A stretch of DNA of 64,000 nucleotides from a bacterium (GTDB lineage: Bacteria; Patescibacteriota; Microgenomatia; Daviesbacterales; UBA10151), in contig JAJYNN010000002.1 of NCBI GenBank assembly GCA_021786315.1, positions 270,997 to 334,996 of the forward strand, given 5' to 3'. The position numbers were made by a program, and so were the translations under genes. How positions within the stretch are numbered: the first letter of the stretch is position 1; each line of letters starts with the position of its first letter. This document shows, piece after piece, positions 1 to 10,166 of the stretch. The notes under the pieces are model-generated. The model did not search any database. It saw only the letters and a program-made list of their open reading frames with translations, and had not been told where the DNA came from.

Positions 1-80
1 TGAAAAATTTCACACCCCCATTCTATCTCAGTCTTGACCATGAGTATTTTTTGTGCGATGGTTTATTCTAATCAACAGAG

Positions 81-1166
81 GTGGTTAACCTTGAATATTT
101 ATTGGCGCTGCATTCGGTAAACGGTTTGGGGCCGGTTAGGCTTCGGGCTTTAATGGATTATTACCAGGACCCAAAGTTGGTTTGGGAAGCAGACCCCAAA
201 GAGCTTCAAAAACTGAGCATCTTCCAAAATGTAATTAATCTGCTTTTGGAAACCCGGAAAAAGTTGGTTCCGGAAAAATACCTGGAATATATCCAAAAAT
301 GCGGGATCTCCTGGGTGACAAGTTTTGATGAAAAATACCCCAGGCTTTTAAAGGAGATATCCGACCCGCCAATTATTTTGTACTACAAGGGCGATATTGT
401 TGAGGACGGAAAAACGATTGCGGTGGTAGGAACCAGGAAGATGACCGGGTACGGAGGATTGGTAACGGAAAAATTTGTTAGTGGTTTGGTCGAGGCCGGA
501 ATAACTATTGTTTCCGGGCTAGCGCGGGGTGTGGATACCCAGGCCCACAAAACTACAGTTAAATTGGAGGGGAGAACTTTGGCAGTTTTGGGCGGAGGGT
601 TAAATCGTATCTTTCCTCCGGAAAATACCCGTTTGGCGGGCGAAATTGCCTCCGGTTTCGGGGCAGTAATTTCAGAATTCCCTCCCGACCACCCATCACT
701 CCCGGGAAACTTTCCTGCCCGAAATAGAATTATCTCCGGGCTTTCAAAAGCAGTTTTGGTAACTGAGGCGGCGGAAGATTCCGGATCATTAATCACCGCC
801 AAACTGGCTCTAGAACAGGGCCGGGATGTTTTTGCTATCCCCGGGCCGATTACTTCCGATTTATCCCAAGGGCCACTACTTTTAATTAAACAGGGAGCAA
901 AGCTGGTGACGGAAGTGGAGGAAATACTCGAAGAGATTGGATTAACTAGATTTAAGAATACAGATTTAAGAATTAAGAATGAAAACGAATTAAACGAAAT
1001 GGAAAAGAAAATACTCGAAGTGTTGCAATCTGAGAGTAAACACATTGATGAAATATGCCGGGAGTTGCAATGCAGTGCGGCTTTGGTTTCCGCATCCCTG
1101 ATTAAAATGGAAATTTTTGGCCTGGTAAAAAATATGGGGGCAGGAAATTACATCAGAATTTGCTAA
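81..1166 (+). CDS. dprA: DNA processing protein A (DprA/Smf)
   Basis: 361 aa with a Rossmann-like DprA core (GTRKMTGYG, GLARGVDTQAHK, AVLGGG). GTG start at 81. Size typical of DprA. Confidence 0.85.
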   Translation: MVNLEYLLALHSVNGLGPVRLRALMDYYQDPKLVWEADPKELQKLSIFQNVINLLLETRKKLVPEKYLEYIQKCGISWVTSFDEKYPRLLKEISDPPIILYYKGDIVEDGKTIAVVGTRKMTGYGGLVTEKFVSGLVEAGITIVSGLARGVDTQAHKTTVKLEGRTLAVLGGGLNRIFPPENTRLAGEIASGFGAVISEFPPDHPSLPGNFPARNRIISGLSKAVLVTEAAEDSGSLITAKLALEQGRDVFAIPGPITSDLSQGPLLLIKQGAKLVTEVEEILEEIGLTRFKNTDLRIKNENELNEMEKKILEVLQSESKHIDEICRELQCSAALVSASLIKMEIFGLVKNMGAGNYIRIC

Positions 1167-1204
1167 GCTCTACAATCGTGAACCGGTTGTAGTAGAATAA
1201 AGGT

Positions 1205-1573
1205 ATGCAAATTCTCCTTAGCCGAAAATCAAAATTATTCTGGTTATTTTTCTCTGTGGTTTTAATTATCGGGACTGTGGTTATCAGCACCGGAAAAGCT
1301 CCTGAATATAAAAGAGGCTCATCCTATACCTATGACCTGGCAGTTGGCCGGGCTTTGTCGCTTTTTAAGAAGGATGTTTCTTTGGGTATTGATATGTCCA
1401 AGGGTCCATGCCTTTCCAATGATTTAATGCCGGGTTGGGTGGTGGACGTGGTCCACACCCCAAGGGAGCAAATGGATAACCAGCCGGAAAACGAATGCCA
1501 GGCATTTATTGAGGGAAGATCTACCCATTTTGTCGAGCTTGATACCAATGGGAATGTAGTCAGAGTACAGTGA
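1205..1573 (+). CDS. hypothetical membrane-anchored protein
   Basis: 122-aa ORF with an N-terminal hydrophobic helix. No recognisable motif. Confidence 0.4.
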   Translation: MQILLSRKSKLFWLFFSVVLIIGTVVISTGKAPEYKRGSSYTYDLAVGRALSLFKKDVSLGIDMSKGPCLSNDLMPGWVVDVVHTPREQMDNQPENECQAFIEGRSTHFVELDTNGNVVRVQ

Positions 1574-1583
1574 TATATCGACG

Positions 1584-4097
1584 ATGAAATACCTATATCT
1601 GCCAATTCATCTGCTAAAGTTTTGGTTTCTTGAAAGCCCCAAAGTAATTTTAAGATCCTGGAAAAACATCATCCTTTATCTGGAAGAAGACTTGGCTGTT
1701 GGGTTAATGTTTAAACTTTTGTTTACTCCCTTATTCCATGATTCTTCGATAGTGGGCAGGCTTTTGAGTTTCTCTTTTCGTTTAATTAGGATTTGTATTG
1801 GTTTGGTGGCTTTCCTTGGGGTTTCTGTTTTGGCTGCCGTTTTGCTGGTGGTTTGGCTGGCGCTCCCGCTTGCGGCCATTATTGAACCGGGTACCATAGC
1901 TTTAATTTGCCGGCTGCTGCTTTTTTCCGGGGTAGTTTTGTTTATTAACCATTTGGTTTCCCATCCTCACCAAAAGTTGCGGCAGGTGAAAGATTTTACC
2001 AAGATATGGAAGGCCAGTTTTGTCGGGAAAAATGATGTTAGTTTTACCAAGCTTTTAAAAACATATCCGGTAAAAAAACTGCTTTTGTACCTTGAGCAGA
2101 CACCGGAAAGCTTTACCGGTTTAAATGATATAGACAGTGATGAGGTTTTCAAGAAAGTTTATGAACTGGGCAATAGCTTAAAGCTTCCTTATCTTTCCCA
2201 GGAACATTTTTTTGTAGCCAAACTTTATCTGGTTCCGGGTATTGAAGAGCAGCTTTTAAAGCTGGGTTTAAAGCTTGGTGATTTTCTGGATGCCTTAAGT
2301 TTCCTAAAAAAGAAAGCTGATACCTGGAGAGTGATTTTGCCTTGGGATGAGGATTTTAAGGTCCACCACTTAAAGGGGGTCAACCGGGGTTGGATGGGGG
2401 TGCAAACTCCGACTTTGGACTCTGTTTGTGATGACATAACCAGGGAAGCTGCCAAACAGTATATTCCTGATTTTGTTGGCCGTCCGGAGGTTGTCAAAAG
2501 GGTAATCGACATCCTCTCCTTGGAGCAAGGCCAAAATGTGGCTTTAATTGGTGAGCCAGGATCGGGCCGGGGGGCCTTAATTTCCTATTTGGCAAAACTT
2601 ATTATCTCCGGGGATGCCCCCAAGGCCTTAGCCACTAAAAGACTGGTCAAGCTCGATATAAGCAGGCTTATGGCGGGGATTACCAATGAAGGAGACTTGG
2701 CAGCCAGACTGAAGAGTATCTTTGACGAGGTAAAGTTTTCCGGAAATATCATTGTCTATGTTGATGAGATCCAGGATTTGGGATTAGGCGAGGCCGGAAA
2801 CCAATTTAACCTTTATGCTTTGATTCTGCCTTACTTAGAAAGTTCCGATTTTCAATTCGTTGCCGTGGCGGATTCCGCAAGCTATACCAAAACGGTGGAG
2901 AAGAATAAAAGTTTTGCCCGGATATTTACCAAAGTGGAGTTACCTCCGGCTTCGGTTGCTGAAACAGTAGGGGTGTTAATAAACCGGGCAATTGAGGTTG
3001 AGCGTTACAAAAAAATCTGTACCACTGTTCCTGCCATTCACGCTATTGCCGAGTTGTCTAACCGTTACATCCATGATTCGGTCCTACCGGATATCGCCCT
3101 GAAGGTTTTTGAGGAGAGCCTTGGCGCGGCCGAAGACGGTTGGATTAAAAAGTTGGTTGTGGAAAAGGCAATTCAAAACCGGAGTAACATTCCCATTGCC
3201 GGTGCCGGATCAGAGACCACAAAACAGCTATTAAATCTGGAGGATCTTATCCACCAAAAAATGATTGACCAGGAGGAAGCGGTTTTGGCGGTGTCCAAAG
3301 CTTTGCGCCGGGCGGCAGCGGAACTCCGGGATAATAAACGCCCGATCGGTTCCTTCCTTTTTGTCGGCCCGACCGGTGTCGGTAAAACTGAATTGGCCAA
3401 GACTTTGGTTGATGTCTATTTTGCCGGGAAGGGGTATTTTGCCCGGTTCGATATGTCGGAATACCAAACTCCGGAAGCGATTGACAGGTTGATTGGGGGA
3501 AATAATGAGGAAGGGCAGTTAACGGAAACGGTTCGCCAGCATCCTTATTCCCTGGTGCTATTGGATGAGTTTGAAAAAGCGGATCCCAAAATCCTGACCC
3601 TCTTCCTCCAGGTTTTGGATGATGGGAGGCTAACCAGCGGAACCGGAAGGACAGTTGATTTTACCAACACCATTATTATTGCCACTTCCAATGCTGCCAG
3701 TGTCACCATTGCCAAAGGTTTGGAAGCGGGTCAAGGCATGGACCAGCTGAAAAAAGTTGTCAGTGATGAGTTGATAACTGTTTTTCGCCCGGAGTTGGTT
3801 AACCGTTTTGACGAGGTTGTTATCTTTAAACCATTATCTCCAACAGACTTGCAACAAGTAGTGAAATTAAAGTTATCTGAGTTGCAAAAGCAGCTCAAAA
3901 ACCAGGGTTTTGAGATAGATTTTGACCAAAAATTGATTGAAGGATTGGCCCAAAAAGGTTATGACCCTGTGCTTGGAGCCCGGCCTCTAAGAAGATTAAT
4001 TCAGGATACTCTAGAGGCCAAACTTTCGGTGATGATTTTGGAAAATAAACTTCCTAAAGGACAAAAGTTCTTGGCTTCGGAACAATTATTAAACTGA
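1584..4097 (+). CDS. membrane-anchored double-AAA+ Clp/Hsp100-family ATPase (ClpA/ClpB-like)
   Basis: 837 aa with N-terminal TM helices. D1 has a degenerate Walker A (GEPGSGRGAL) and Walker B (IVYVDEIQD). D2 is canonical: Walker A (VGPTGVGKTELAKTL), Walker B (LVLLDEFEKA), sensor 2 (GARPLRR). No M-domain coiled coil and no obvious IGF/LGF ClpP loop. Confidence 0.8.
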   Translation: MKYLYLPIHLLKFWFLESPKVILRSWKNIILYLEEDLAVGLMFKLLFTPLFHDSSIVGRLLSFSFRLIRICIGLVAFLGVSVLAAVLLVVWLALPLAAIIEPGTIALICRLLLFSGVVLFINHLVSHPHQKLRQVKDFTKIWKASFVGKNDVSFTKLLKTYPVKKLLLYLEQTPESFTGLNDIDSDEVFKKVYELGNSLKLPYLSQEHFFVAKLYLVPGIEEQLLKLGLKLGDFLDALSFLKKKADTWRVILPWDEDFKVHHLKGVNRGWMGVQTPTLDSVCDDITREAAKQYIPDFVGRPEVVKRVIDILSLEQGQNVALIGEPGSGRGALISYLAKLIISGDAPKALATKRLVKLDISRLMAGITNEGDLAARLKSIFDEVKFSGNIIVYVDEIQDLGLGEAGNQFNLYALILPYLESSDFQFVAVADSASYTKTVEKNKSFARIFTKVELPPASVAETVGVLINRAIEVERYKKICTTVPAIHAIAELSNRYIHDSVLPDIALKVFEESLGAAEDGWIKKLVVEKAIQNRSNIPIAGAGSETTKQLLNLEDLIHQKMIDQEEAVLAVSKALRRAAAELRDNKRPIGSFLFVGPTGVGKTELAKTLVDVYFAGKGYFARFDMSEYQTPEAIDRLIGGNNEEGQLTETVRQHPYSLVLLDEFEKADPKILTLFLQVLDDGRLTSGTGRTVDFTNTIIIATSNAASVTIAKGLEAGQGMDQLKKVVSDELITVFRPELVNRFDEVVIFKPLSPTDLQQVVKLKLSELQKQLKNQGFEIDFDQKLIEGLAQKGYDPVLGARPLRRLIQDTLEAKLSVMILENKLPKGQKFLASEQLLN

Positions 4098-4146
4098 TTA
4101 GGCCTATAAATTTGATTTATAGGTAGAGAGTACTATAATACCCGTT

Positions 4147-4830
4147 ATGAATATTGAAGATTTGCGTCACGCGGTTGAAGGCGCAAAAAGAAAAGCTAGT
4201 TCCTTTAGACTTTCTCGTAATAGGTGGGGAATTGCTGCAGCTTTAGTTGGAGGGGGTCTTACCCTAGTAACAATTACCAGCTGTACGCCTGCTCCTAAGA
4301 TAGAAACTCCAACTCCAGTTTCTATGCCTCCGGCTCCTACACGGGAAGCAACTATTACTCCCAGCCCCCTAAATTCTATTCTTGATAAGTTGCGTGATCC
4401 CTCAAAAGGAGTTATCGAAGTTTGGCTATATCGGAACAGAGATACCGATAGTAGCGGATTGGTCCATACCCCTGATCAATTACCTATTGCCCTATGTCCA
4501 AATGACTCCATAATGTTCCAAATCAAATATGATAAACCAACACAAGGGGAAGGTTTTACTGTATCCTCGAGTGGATTTGGAAATGTATCTGGCAATTTTA
4601 ATGATCGTATGGTTATGGAAGGGTTGTATGTTAATAGCAATAAGCCTGACGGCGATTATGAAGGCACAGCAACTGTGGAATGTACAGACGGGAATGCCGT
4701 AACGGCTGCAATGATTCGAGAGTATAAGATCCACTTACTCCAGCAGGCACCAGCTTATATACCTCTTCCCGGATCAGCTACACCAATACCGGAGAATAGA
4801 CCCGGAAAGTTGAAGTCCCTTCCTTTTTAG
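4147..4830 (+). CDS. hypothetical secreted/lipoprotein-like protein
   Basis: 227 aa. An N-terminal TM/signal segment (AAALVGGGLTLVTITSC) is followed by a Pro/Thr-rich linker. Confidence 0.45.
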   Translation: MNIEDLRHAVEGAKRKASSFRLSRNRWGIAAALVGGGLTLVTITSCTPAPKIETPTPVSMPPAPTREATITPSPLNSILDKLRDPSKGVIEVWLYRNRDTDSSGLVHTPDQLPIALCPNDSIMFQIKYDKPTQGEGFTVSSSGFGNVSGNFNDRMVMEGLYVNSNKPDGDYEGTATVECTDGNAVTAAMIREYKIHLLQQAPAYIPLPGSATPIPENRPGKLKSLPF

Positions 4831-4988
4831 GTATCAGGAAATTCCTAGCTTTGGAACAACTGTTAAGCTGATAGGTTGATCCTTTAGCACCTGCTTCGCC
4901 CACACTCTTCACACTATGTTATAGTAATATAGCGCTTGTTTCATGGAAGCCTGCCTTTTACCTGCGGTAAAATGCAACATATATTTAT

Positions 4989-6944
4989 ATGCAGAACCTT
5001 GTAATTGTGGAATCGCCGACAAAAGCCAAGACCCTCTCCAAATTTTTGGGGAGTAAGTATCAGGTGGAAGCCTCCATGGGGCATGTCCGTGACCTTCCCA
5101 AGGGTGATATCGGGGTGGATGTTGAACACGATTTTGCCCCCAAATATATCATTCCCCGGGATAAATCCAAAAAAGCCAATGAATTAAAGAAGCTGGCCAA
5201 AGAAGCCAAAACTTTGTGGCTGGCTACTGACCCTGATCGTGAAGGGGAAGCAATTGCCTGGCATTTAAAAGAACTATTTAATAGGAAGGATGCCTATAAA
5301 AGGGTGGTTTTCCATGAAATTACCGAGGATGCGATTAACGAGGCTTTTGCCCATCCCCGGGATTTGGATAAACAATTAATAGATGCCCAACAAGCCAGAA
5401 GGGTTTTGGACCGGTTGGTGGGTTACAAGCTTTCCCCGCTTCTTTGGAAAAAGGTAAAAAGTGGCCTGTCTGCTGGAAGGGTGCAATCTGTTGCATTGCG
5501 GCTCATCGTTGAGCGGGAAAGGGAGATTGAGGCCTTTAAGCCCCAAGAATATTGGAGTCTTGAAGCGGAGCTGGAGAAAAAAGGTGAGAAAGCTGCAAAC
5601 TTTGTGGCTGCTCTGGTTGAACAAAACGGTAAAAAACTGGCGATTAAAAACCAGGGGGAAGCAGATAAACACGTTAAAGCTTTGGAAAAAGCAGATTATC
5701 AGGTTGCAAAAATTACCCAAAAAGAAGTCAAAAAATATGCCGCTCCGCCGTTTACCACTTCCACTATGCAGCAAGCCGCTGCCAACCGTTTAGGATTTTC
5801 CGCCAAAAGGACGATGCAGCTGGCCCAGGTTTTATATGAGCATGGGTACATTACCTATATGAGAACCGATTCTTTGAATTTGTCTGCCCAGGCAATTGCG
5901 GCAGTCCGTGATTTTATCGGCCAACATATTGGCAAGAATTATCTTCCTAAAGAAGCCAAGGTCTATAAAACAAAATCCAAAGTTGCCCAGGAGGCCCACG
6001 AAGCGATCCGCCCGACCAATGTTAAGTTAGCTCCGGATGAATTGAAAAACATTGAGGGAATGACCCGGGATCATGTCCGGCTTTATGACATGATCTGGAA
6101 GAGGATGGTGGCCTCGCAAATGGCTGAGGCGGTGTTTGACCAAAAAACTGTGGATATAAAGGCTGATAGCTACACATTAAGAGTAACAGGAAGCACGCTA
6201 AAATTTGACGGCTGGATGATTGTTTATGGAAAAATCCAGGATGAAGAAGGGGAAGAGGGGGAGAAAATTTTGCCTGAGCTTACGGAAGGTGAAATTTTAA
6301 AACTTCTAAAACTTTTACCGACCCAACATTTCACCGAGCCGCCGGCCCGTTTTAATGAGGCTTCCTTAATTAAAAAGCTGGAAGAGCTTTCAATTGGCCG
6401 GCCTTCCACCTATGCCCCGATTTTGTCGACTATCCAGGAGCGTTTTTATGTAGAAAAAGTTGAAAAAAGGTTTTCTCCGACACCTTTGGGGATTGCCGTG
6501 ACCGACTTTTTGGTCAAATATTTCCCCAATATTGTGGACTATGACTTTACGGCTTCTATGGAGGATGCTTTGGATAATATTGCCAATGGAGAAGATCGCT
6601 GGCAGCCGATTATCGGCACTTTTTACCGGCCGTTTGAGAAAAAGATTAAAGAGGTGGATGAGGAAGCGGGACGGGTGGCTATTAAATCCGAAGAAGTCGA
6701 TAAAAAATGCCCCAAATGCGGCAAGAATTTACAAATTAAATACGGAAAGTTTGGCAAGTTTTTGGCCTGTACCGGATTCCCGGATTGTAAATACACCGAA
6801 AGTATCGAGGAAAAGGTGGATGTCCCTTGTCCTGATTGCGGTGGGGAAATAGTTATCCGAAAAACCCGCCGGGGCCGGCCTTTTTACGGGTGCAAAAACT
6901 GGCCTAATTGCAAATATGCCTCCTGGACGAAACCCAAAAAATAG
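4989..6944 (+). CDS. topA: DNA topoisomerase I
   Basis: 651 aa. TOPRIM N-terminus (LVIVESPTKAKT, DPDREGEAIAWH) and a Tyr active-site region. Two C-terminal Zn ribbons (CPKCGKN...CTGFPDCKY and CPDCGG...CKNWPNCKY). Confidence 0.93.
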   Translation: MQNLVIVESPTKAKTLSKFLGSKYQVEASMGHVRDLPKGDIGVDVEHDFAPKYIIPRDKSKKANELKKLAKEAKTLWLATDPDREGEAIAWHLKELFNRKDAYKRVVFHEITEDAINEAFAHPRDLDKQLIDAQQARRVLDRLVGYKLSPLLWKKVKSGLSAGRVQSVALRLIVEREREIEAFKPQEYWSLEAELEKKGEKAANFVAALVEQNGKKLAIKNQGEADKHVKALEKADYQVAKITQKEVKKYAAPPFTTSTMQQAAANRLGFSAKRTMQLAQVLYEHGYITYMRTDSLNLSAQAIAAVRDFIGQHIGKNYLPKEAKVYKTKSKVAQEAHEAIRPTNVKLAPDELKNIEGMTRDHVRLYDMIWKRMVASQMAEAVFDQKTVDIKADSYTLRVTGSTLKFDGWMIVYGKIQDEEGEEGEKILPELTEGEILKLLKLLPTQHFTEPPARFNEASLIKKLEELSIGRPSTYAPILSTIQERFYVEKVEKRFSPTPLGIAVTDFLVKYFPNIVDYDFTASMEDALDNIANGEDRWQPIIGTFYRPFEKKIKEVDEEAGRVAIKSEEVDKKCPKCGKNLQIKYGKFGKFLACTGFPDCKYTESIEEKVDVPCPDCGGEIVIRKTRRGRPFYGCKNWPNCKYASWTKPKK

Positions 6945-6969
6945 CCACGCAAGGGCAGCCCTTGCGTGG
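6945..6969 (+). terminator. perfect 11-bp stem hairpin just after the topA stop
   Basis: ccacgcaaggg-cag-cccttgcgtgg. No clean U-run follows, so possibly a rho-independent terminator or an RNA-stability element. Confidence 0.45.
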
Positions 6970-7041
6970 GTGTTGACAAAATAATGGGGAAGCTGTAATT
7001 ATATTGAGGGCCTCTAATTTCCCCCTCTAGTTTTTAAGATT

Positions 7042-8658
7042 ATGAAGTATATTTTTGTCTCCGGCGGAGTAATTTCCGGTATTGGTAAAGGTGTGGCTAC
7101 TGCCTCGATTGCCCTTAAGATCGGATCTGCAGGGTTTAAAGTTGCCCCCCTAAAAATTGACCCCTATTTAAATGTTGATGCCGGGACTATGAACCCTATT
7201 CACCACGGAGAGGTATTTGTTTTGGATGATGGCTCGGAAACTGACCAGGATTTGGGAAACTACGAGAGGTTTTTAGATGAACCCCTAAATAAAACAAATT
7301 ATGCGACATCCGGCCAGGTGTATTTATCGGTAATCCAACGGGAAAGAAGTTTGGGTTATGACGGTGACTGTGTGGAGGCGGTGCCCCACATTCCGGAAGA
7401 GATTATCAGAAGGATTGATGAGGCGGGAAAAAGCAAAAAAGCGGATATTGCGGTGATTGAGATTGGGGGAACGGTGGGTGAGATGCAAAATGTTTTCATC
7501 TTTGAAGCCAACAGGATGCTAAAGCTGAAAAAACCGGAAGATGTGATCCATATCCATCTAAGCTATCTGCCGATTCCTCCTTCTTTGGGCGAGATGAAGT
7601 CAAAACCGGTCCAGATGTCGGTCAAAGAGTTAAACTCCATGGGGATCCAGCCGGATATTTTACTGGCCCGATCGGGTGTTCCGGTTGATGAAATTCGCCG
7701 GAAAAAACTGGCACTGTTTTGTTCGGTGGAGCCGGAGGATATTATCTCGGCTCCGGACGTTAGAAACATTTATGAAGTGCCGGTTAATTACGAGGATGGT
7801 GGATTATCGGGAAGAATCCTGCAAAAACTGAGACTTAAAAGAAAGAACAAAGACTTAAAGGAGTGGCGGAAGTTTGAAAGCAAAGTTTCTTCTGCTGATA
7901 AACCTCTGAAAATTGGCATTGTGGGTAAATACTTCTCTACCGGCGATTTCACTTTGGCTGATTCCTATATTTCCGTTATTGAGGCTTTGAAGCATGCCGC
8001 TTTTACTCAAGGATATAAACCGGAAATTGCTTGGATTGATTCCGGGAAACTTTTAAAAGATATTGATCAGCTGCGGGATTACCAGGGGATTATTGTTCCG
8101 GGGGGGTTTGGATCCCGGGATATAGAAGGAAAAATTGAGGCCATCAGGTTTTGCCGGGTTAATAAAATTCCTTATTTCGGTTTGTGTTACGGAATGCAGT
8201 TGGCAGTAGTTGAATATGCCCGGAATGTTCTAAGGATGGCAGAGGCCAATACAACAGAAATTGATCCCAAAACAAAGTATCCGGTCATTCATATTATGTC
8301 TGATCAACAAAAGAAACTTTTGGAGAAAGATTATGGGGGAACGATGCGGTTGGGGGCTTGGGAGTGTAAATTAAAACCGGGAAGTTTGGTCAGAAAACTT
8401 TATGGGAAACCCAAGATTTCCGAACGCCACCGCCACCGCTATGAATTTAACAATGAGTTTCTAAAACAATTTAACAAGGAGCTATATGTTTCCGGAACCT
8501 CTCCTGACGGGAAACTGGTAGAGATTGTCGAGATGAAGGACCACCCGTTTTTTGTGGGAACCCAGTTCCATCCGGAATTAAAATCCCGCCCCCTTGACCC
8601 TCATCCTTTATTCATGGGTTTTATTAAAGCGGCTTCGAAAATTATTTTGCCCTCTTGA
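7042..8658 (+). CDS. pyrG: CTP synthase
   Basis: 538 aa. N-terminal MKYIFVSGGVISGIGKG. C-terminal GATase domain (GLCYGMQ, HRHRYEFN). Confidence 0.95.
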   Translation: MKYIFVSGGVISGIGKGVATASIALKIGSAGFKVAPLKIDPYLNVDAGTMNPIHHGEVFVLDDGSETDQDLGNYERFLDEPLNKTNYATSGQVYLSVIQRERSLGYDGDCVEAVPHIPEEIIRRIDEAGKSKKADIAVIEIGGTVGEMQNVFIFEANRMLKLKKPEDVIHIHLSYLPIPPSLGEMKSKPVQMSVKELNSMGIQPDILLARSGVPVDEIRRKKLALFCSVEPEDIISAPDVRNIYEVPVNYEDGGLSGRILQKLRLKRKNKDLKEWRKFESKVSSADKPLKIGIVGKYFSTGDFTLADSYISVIEALKHAAFTQGYKPEIAWIDSGKLLKDIDQLRDYQGIIVPGGFGSRDIEGKIEAIRFCRVNKIPYFGLCYGMQLAVVEYARNVLRMAEANTTEIDPKTKYPVIHIMSDQQKKLLEKDYGGTMRLGAWECKLKPGSLVRKLYGKPKISERHRHRYEFNNEFLKQFNKELYVSGTSPDGKLVEIVEMKDHPFFVGTQFHPELKSRPLDPHPLFMGFIKAASKIILPS

Positions 8659-8694
8659 AAAAGTTTTCCGGTTCCTGTAAAAAAGGAAAGCAAT

Positions 8695-9600
8695 ATGGCT
8701 GGAAAGATTGAAAAATATATGCCTGATTTGGACCGCATCAAGGAACATAGCAAAACCCCCGATCCATTAGTCCTTTCCCCTGAAGAATATGATGAAATCC
8801 TGGCAGAGCACAAGTTATACAGAGGCTCCCGTCTTTCCGATGTTGGCCTGTTAAAATGTATGGAGCTTGGGCTCATTAAAATTTGGAATGAAGATGGAAC
8901 ATGTCCTTTTAACGAAGAGCGTGTCCAGAGTTGCTCTTATGATGTCACACAAGGAAATGAATTTTGGCATTACATTGAACACGAGATTTCTGAAATCGAG
9001 TACGGAACTCACAAAGAAACAATCCAAAATTTGGATTTGCTTGCTTATAACTTCAGGAATACTGGAGAGACTTTTGTTTACCATCCCGGAAGCGTTGTCC
9101 TCTCATTCATCGGAGAAGGGATAAGCTTGGCTAATGTGGTGTCTGCTGATTTGGGGGGCAAAAGTTCTTTGGGGCGCCTTGGAACTCTAAACCACCAGAC
9201 TGCTTCGTTAGCTCATGCAGGTTTTAGTGGGAAAATCATGACAGAGCATTCTGTTAGCAATAGGTTATCTGTGAAAGTCCCGGTTGGCGCACCTATTGGG
9301 ACGCTTGTCTTTACCCTGCTTGACCAGCCCAGTACCCGGCCCGAAAACCAAAAATCTGACAGCCTAAGTAAAGCCTACAGACAGCGAGGGCCTTTTGGCT
9401 ATTGGAAGGATAAATGGACACAGATAAAAGCTGAGGCTATAGGAAGGTATATTTTAGCCAGGGAAAATGGTTCTGTTACTAATGACCACTACCTGGTGGA
9501 TATCAGAAGGAAGGCTGAGGAATATGATTCCCTTGTTGCTAGGGGGATTATTCCGGGACAAAATCCGGTTCCTTCGGGAAACGGCAGACACAGCATGTAG
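8695..9600 (+). CDS. dCTP deaminase/dUTPase-fold protein (DCD-like) with a ~120-aa N-terminal extension
   Basis: 301 aa. Carries the DCD signature GKSSLGRLG (compare GRSSLARLGL) and a jelly-roll C-terminal half (GFSGKIMTEH...PIGTLVF). Confidence 0.6.
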   Translation: MAGKIEKYMPDLDRIKEHSKTPDPLVLSPEEYDEILAEHKLYRGSRLSDVGLLKCMELGLIKIWNEDGTCPFNEERVQSCSYDVTQGNEFWHYIEHEISEIEYGTHKETIQNLDLLAYNFRNTGETFVYHPGSVVLSFIGEGISLANVVSADLGGKSSLGRLGTLNHQTASLAHAGFSGKIMTEHSVSNRLSVKVPVGAPIGTLVFTLLDQPSTRPENQKSDSLSKAYRQRGPFGYWKDKWTQIKAEAIGRYILARENGSVTNDHYLVDIRRKAEEYDSLVARGIIPGQNPVPSGNGRHSM

Positions 9601-9621
9601 AGCTTTTTGTAAAAAATAATT

Positions 9622-10131
9622 ATGGCAATCGAGAAGTTATCAGAAATATTAAAAAGGGTAGAAAAAGAGAATCTAATTGAAGGTTTGTGTGAACAAACAG
9701 GTAAGGGTGTGGGATTGAATCTAAGGTTAGGTAAAGTTTCCCAATGGATGGAAGGATATGCTGTAGGTTTTGACAGCAAGGGTTTGGATTATCGGCAAGC
9801 TGGGTGGAGGAACGTTGCCGATTGCCAGGGTGCGAGGTTCTTAGCTGAGTGCGACCAAGAGGACTTAGTTACCTCTCAAATCTTAAAACCTGGGGTTTAT
9901 TATCGGGTTGAGACGGTGGAAAAACTAAATGTTCCTACAGATCTCTTACCGGACGTTCGCTCAACACAACTTTTAGTGGATAACGGTTTGCGTTTAGAAG
10001 TGCCTGGAGGGATTGAACCAGGTTATACTGGGGCTATTCGGATGGGTTTGGTTAATCAAAATAGTTTTTCTGTCCCCATCCGTCTTGGCAGCCCGATTTG
10101 CCGGGTGGTTTTTCATAAAGTCGAAGAGTAG
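9622..10131 (+). CDS. dCTP deaminase-family protein (paralog 2)
   Basis: 169 aa. Shows LNLRLG (the DCD N-terminal DLRLG motif), GIEPGYTGAIRMGLVN (compare IDPGFRGEITLELxN) and ICRVVF. Confidence 0.65.
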   Translation: MAIEKLSEILKRVEKENLIEGLCEQTGKGVGLNLRLGKVSQWMEGYAVGFDSKGLDYRQAGWRNVADCQGARFLAECDQEDLVTSQILKPGVYYRVETVEKLNVPTDLLPDVRSTQLLVDNGLRLEVPGGIEPGYTGAIRMGLVNQNSFSVPIRLGSPICRVVFHKVEE

Positions 10132-10166
10132 TCTTCATCTGAATAAACTGTAAAGGTTAATAAGAT

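Noticed and set aside
383-1045. 220-aa minus-strand ORF antisense to dprA. Similar long antisense or overlapping ORFs lie inside clpB-like, topA, pyrG, rseP, proS, tig, dnaX, cysS, the TraD-like gene and others.
   Set aside because: Each is wholly contained within a well-supported gene on the other strand and has low-complexity, Ser/Pro/Leu-biased translations with no motifs. They are the expected shadow ORFs.
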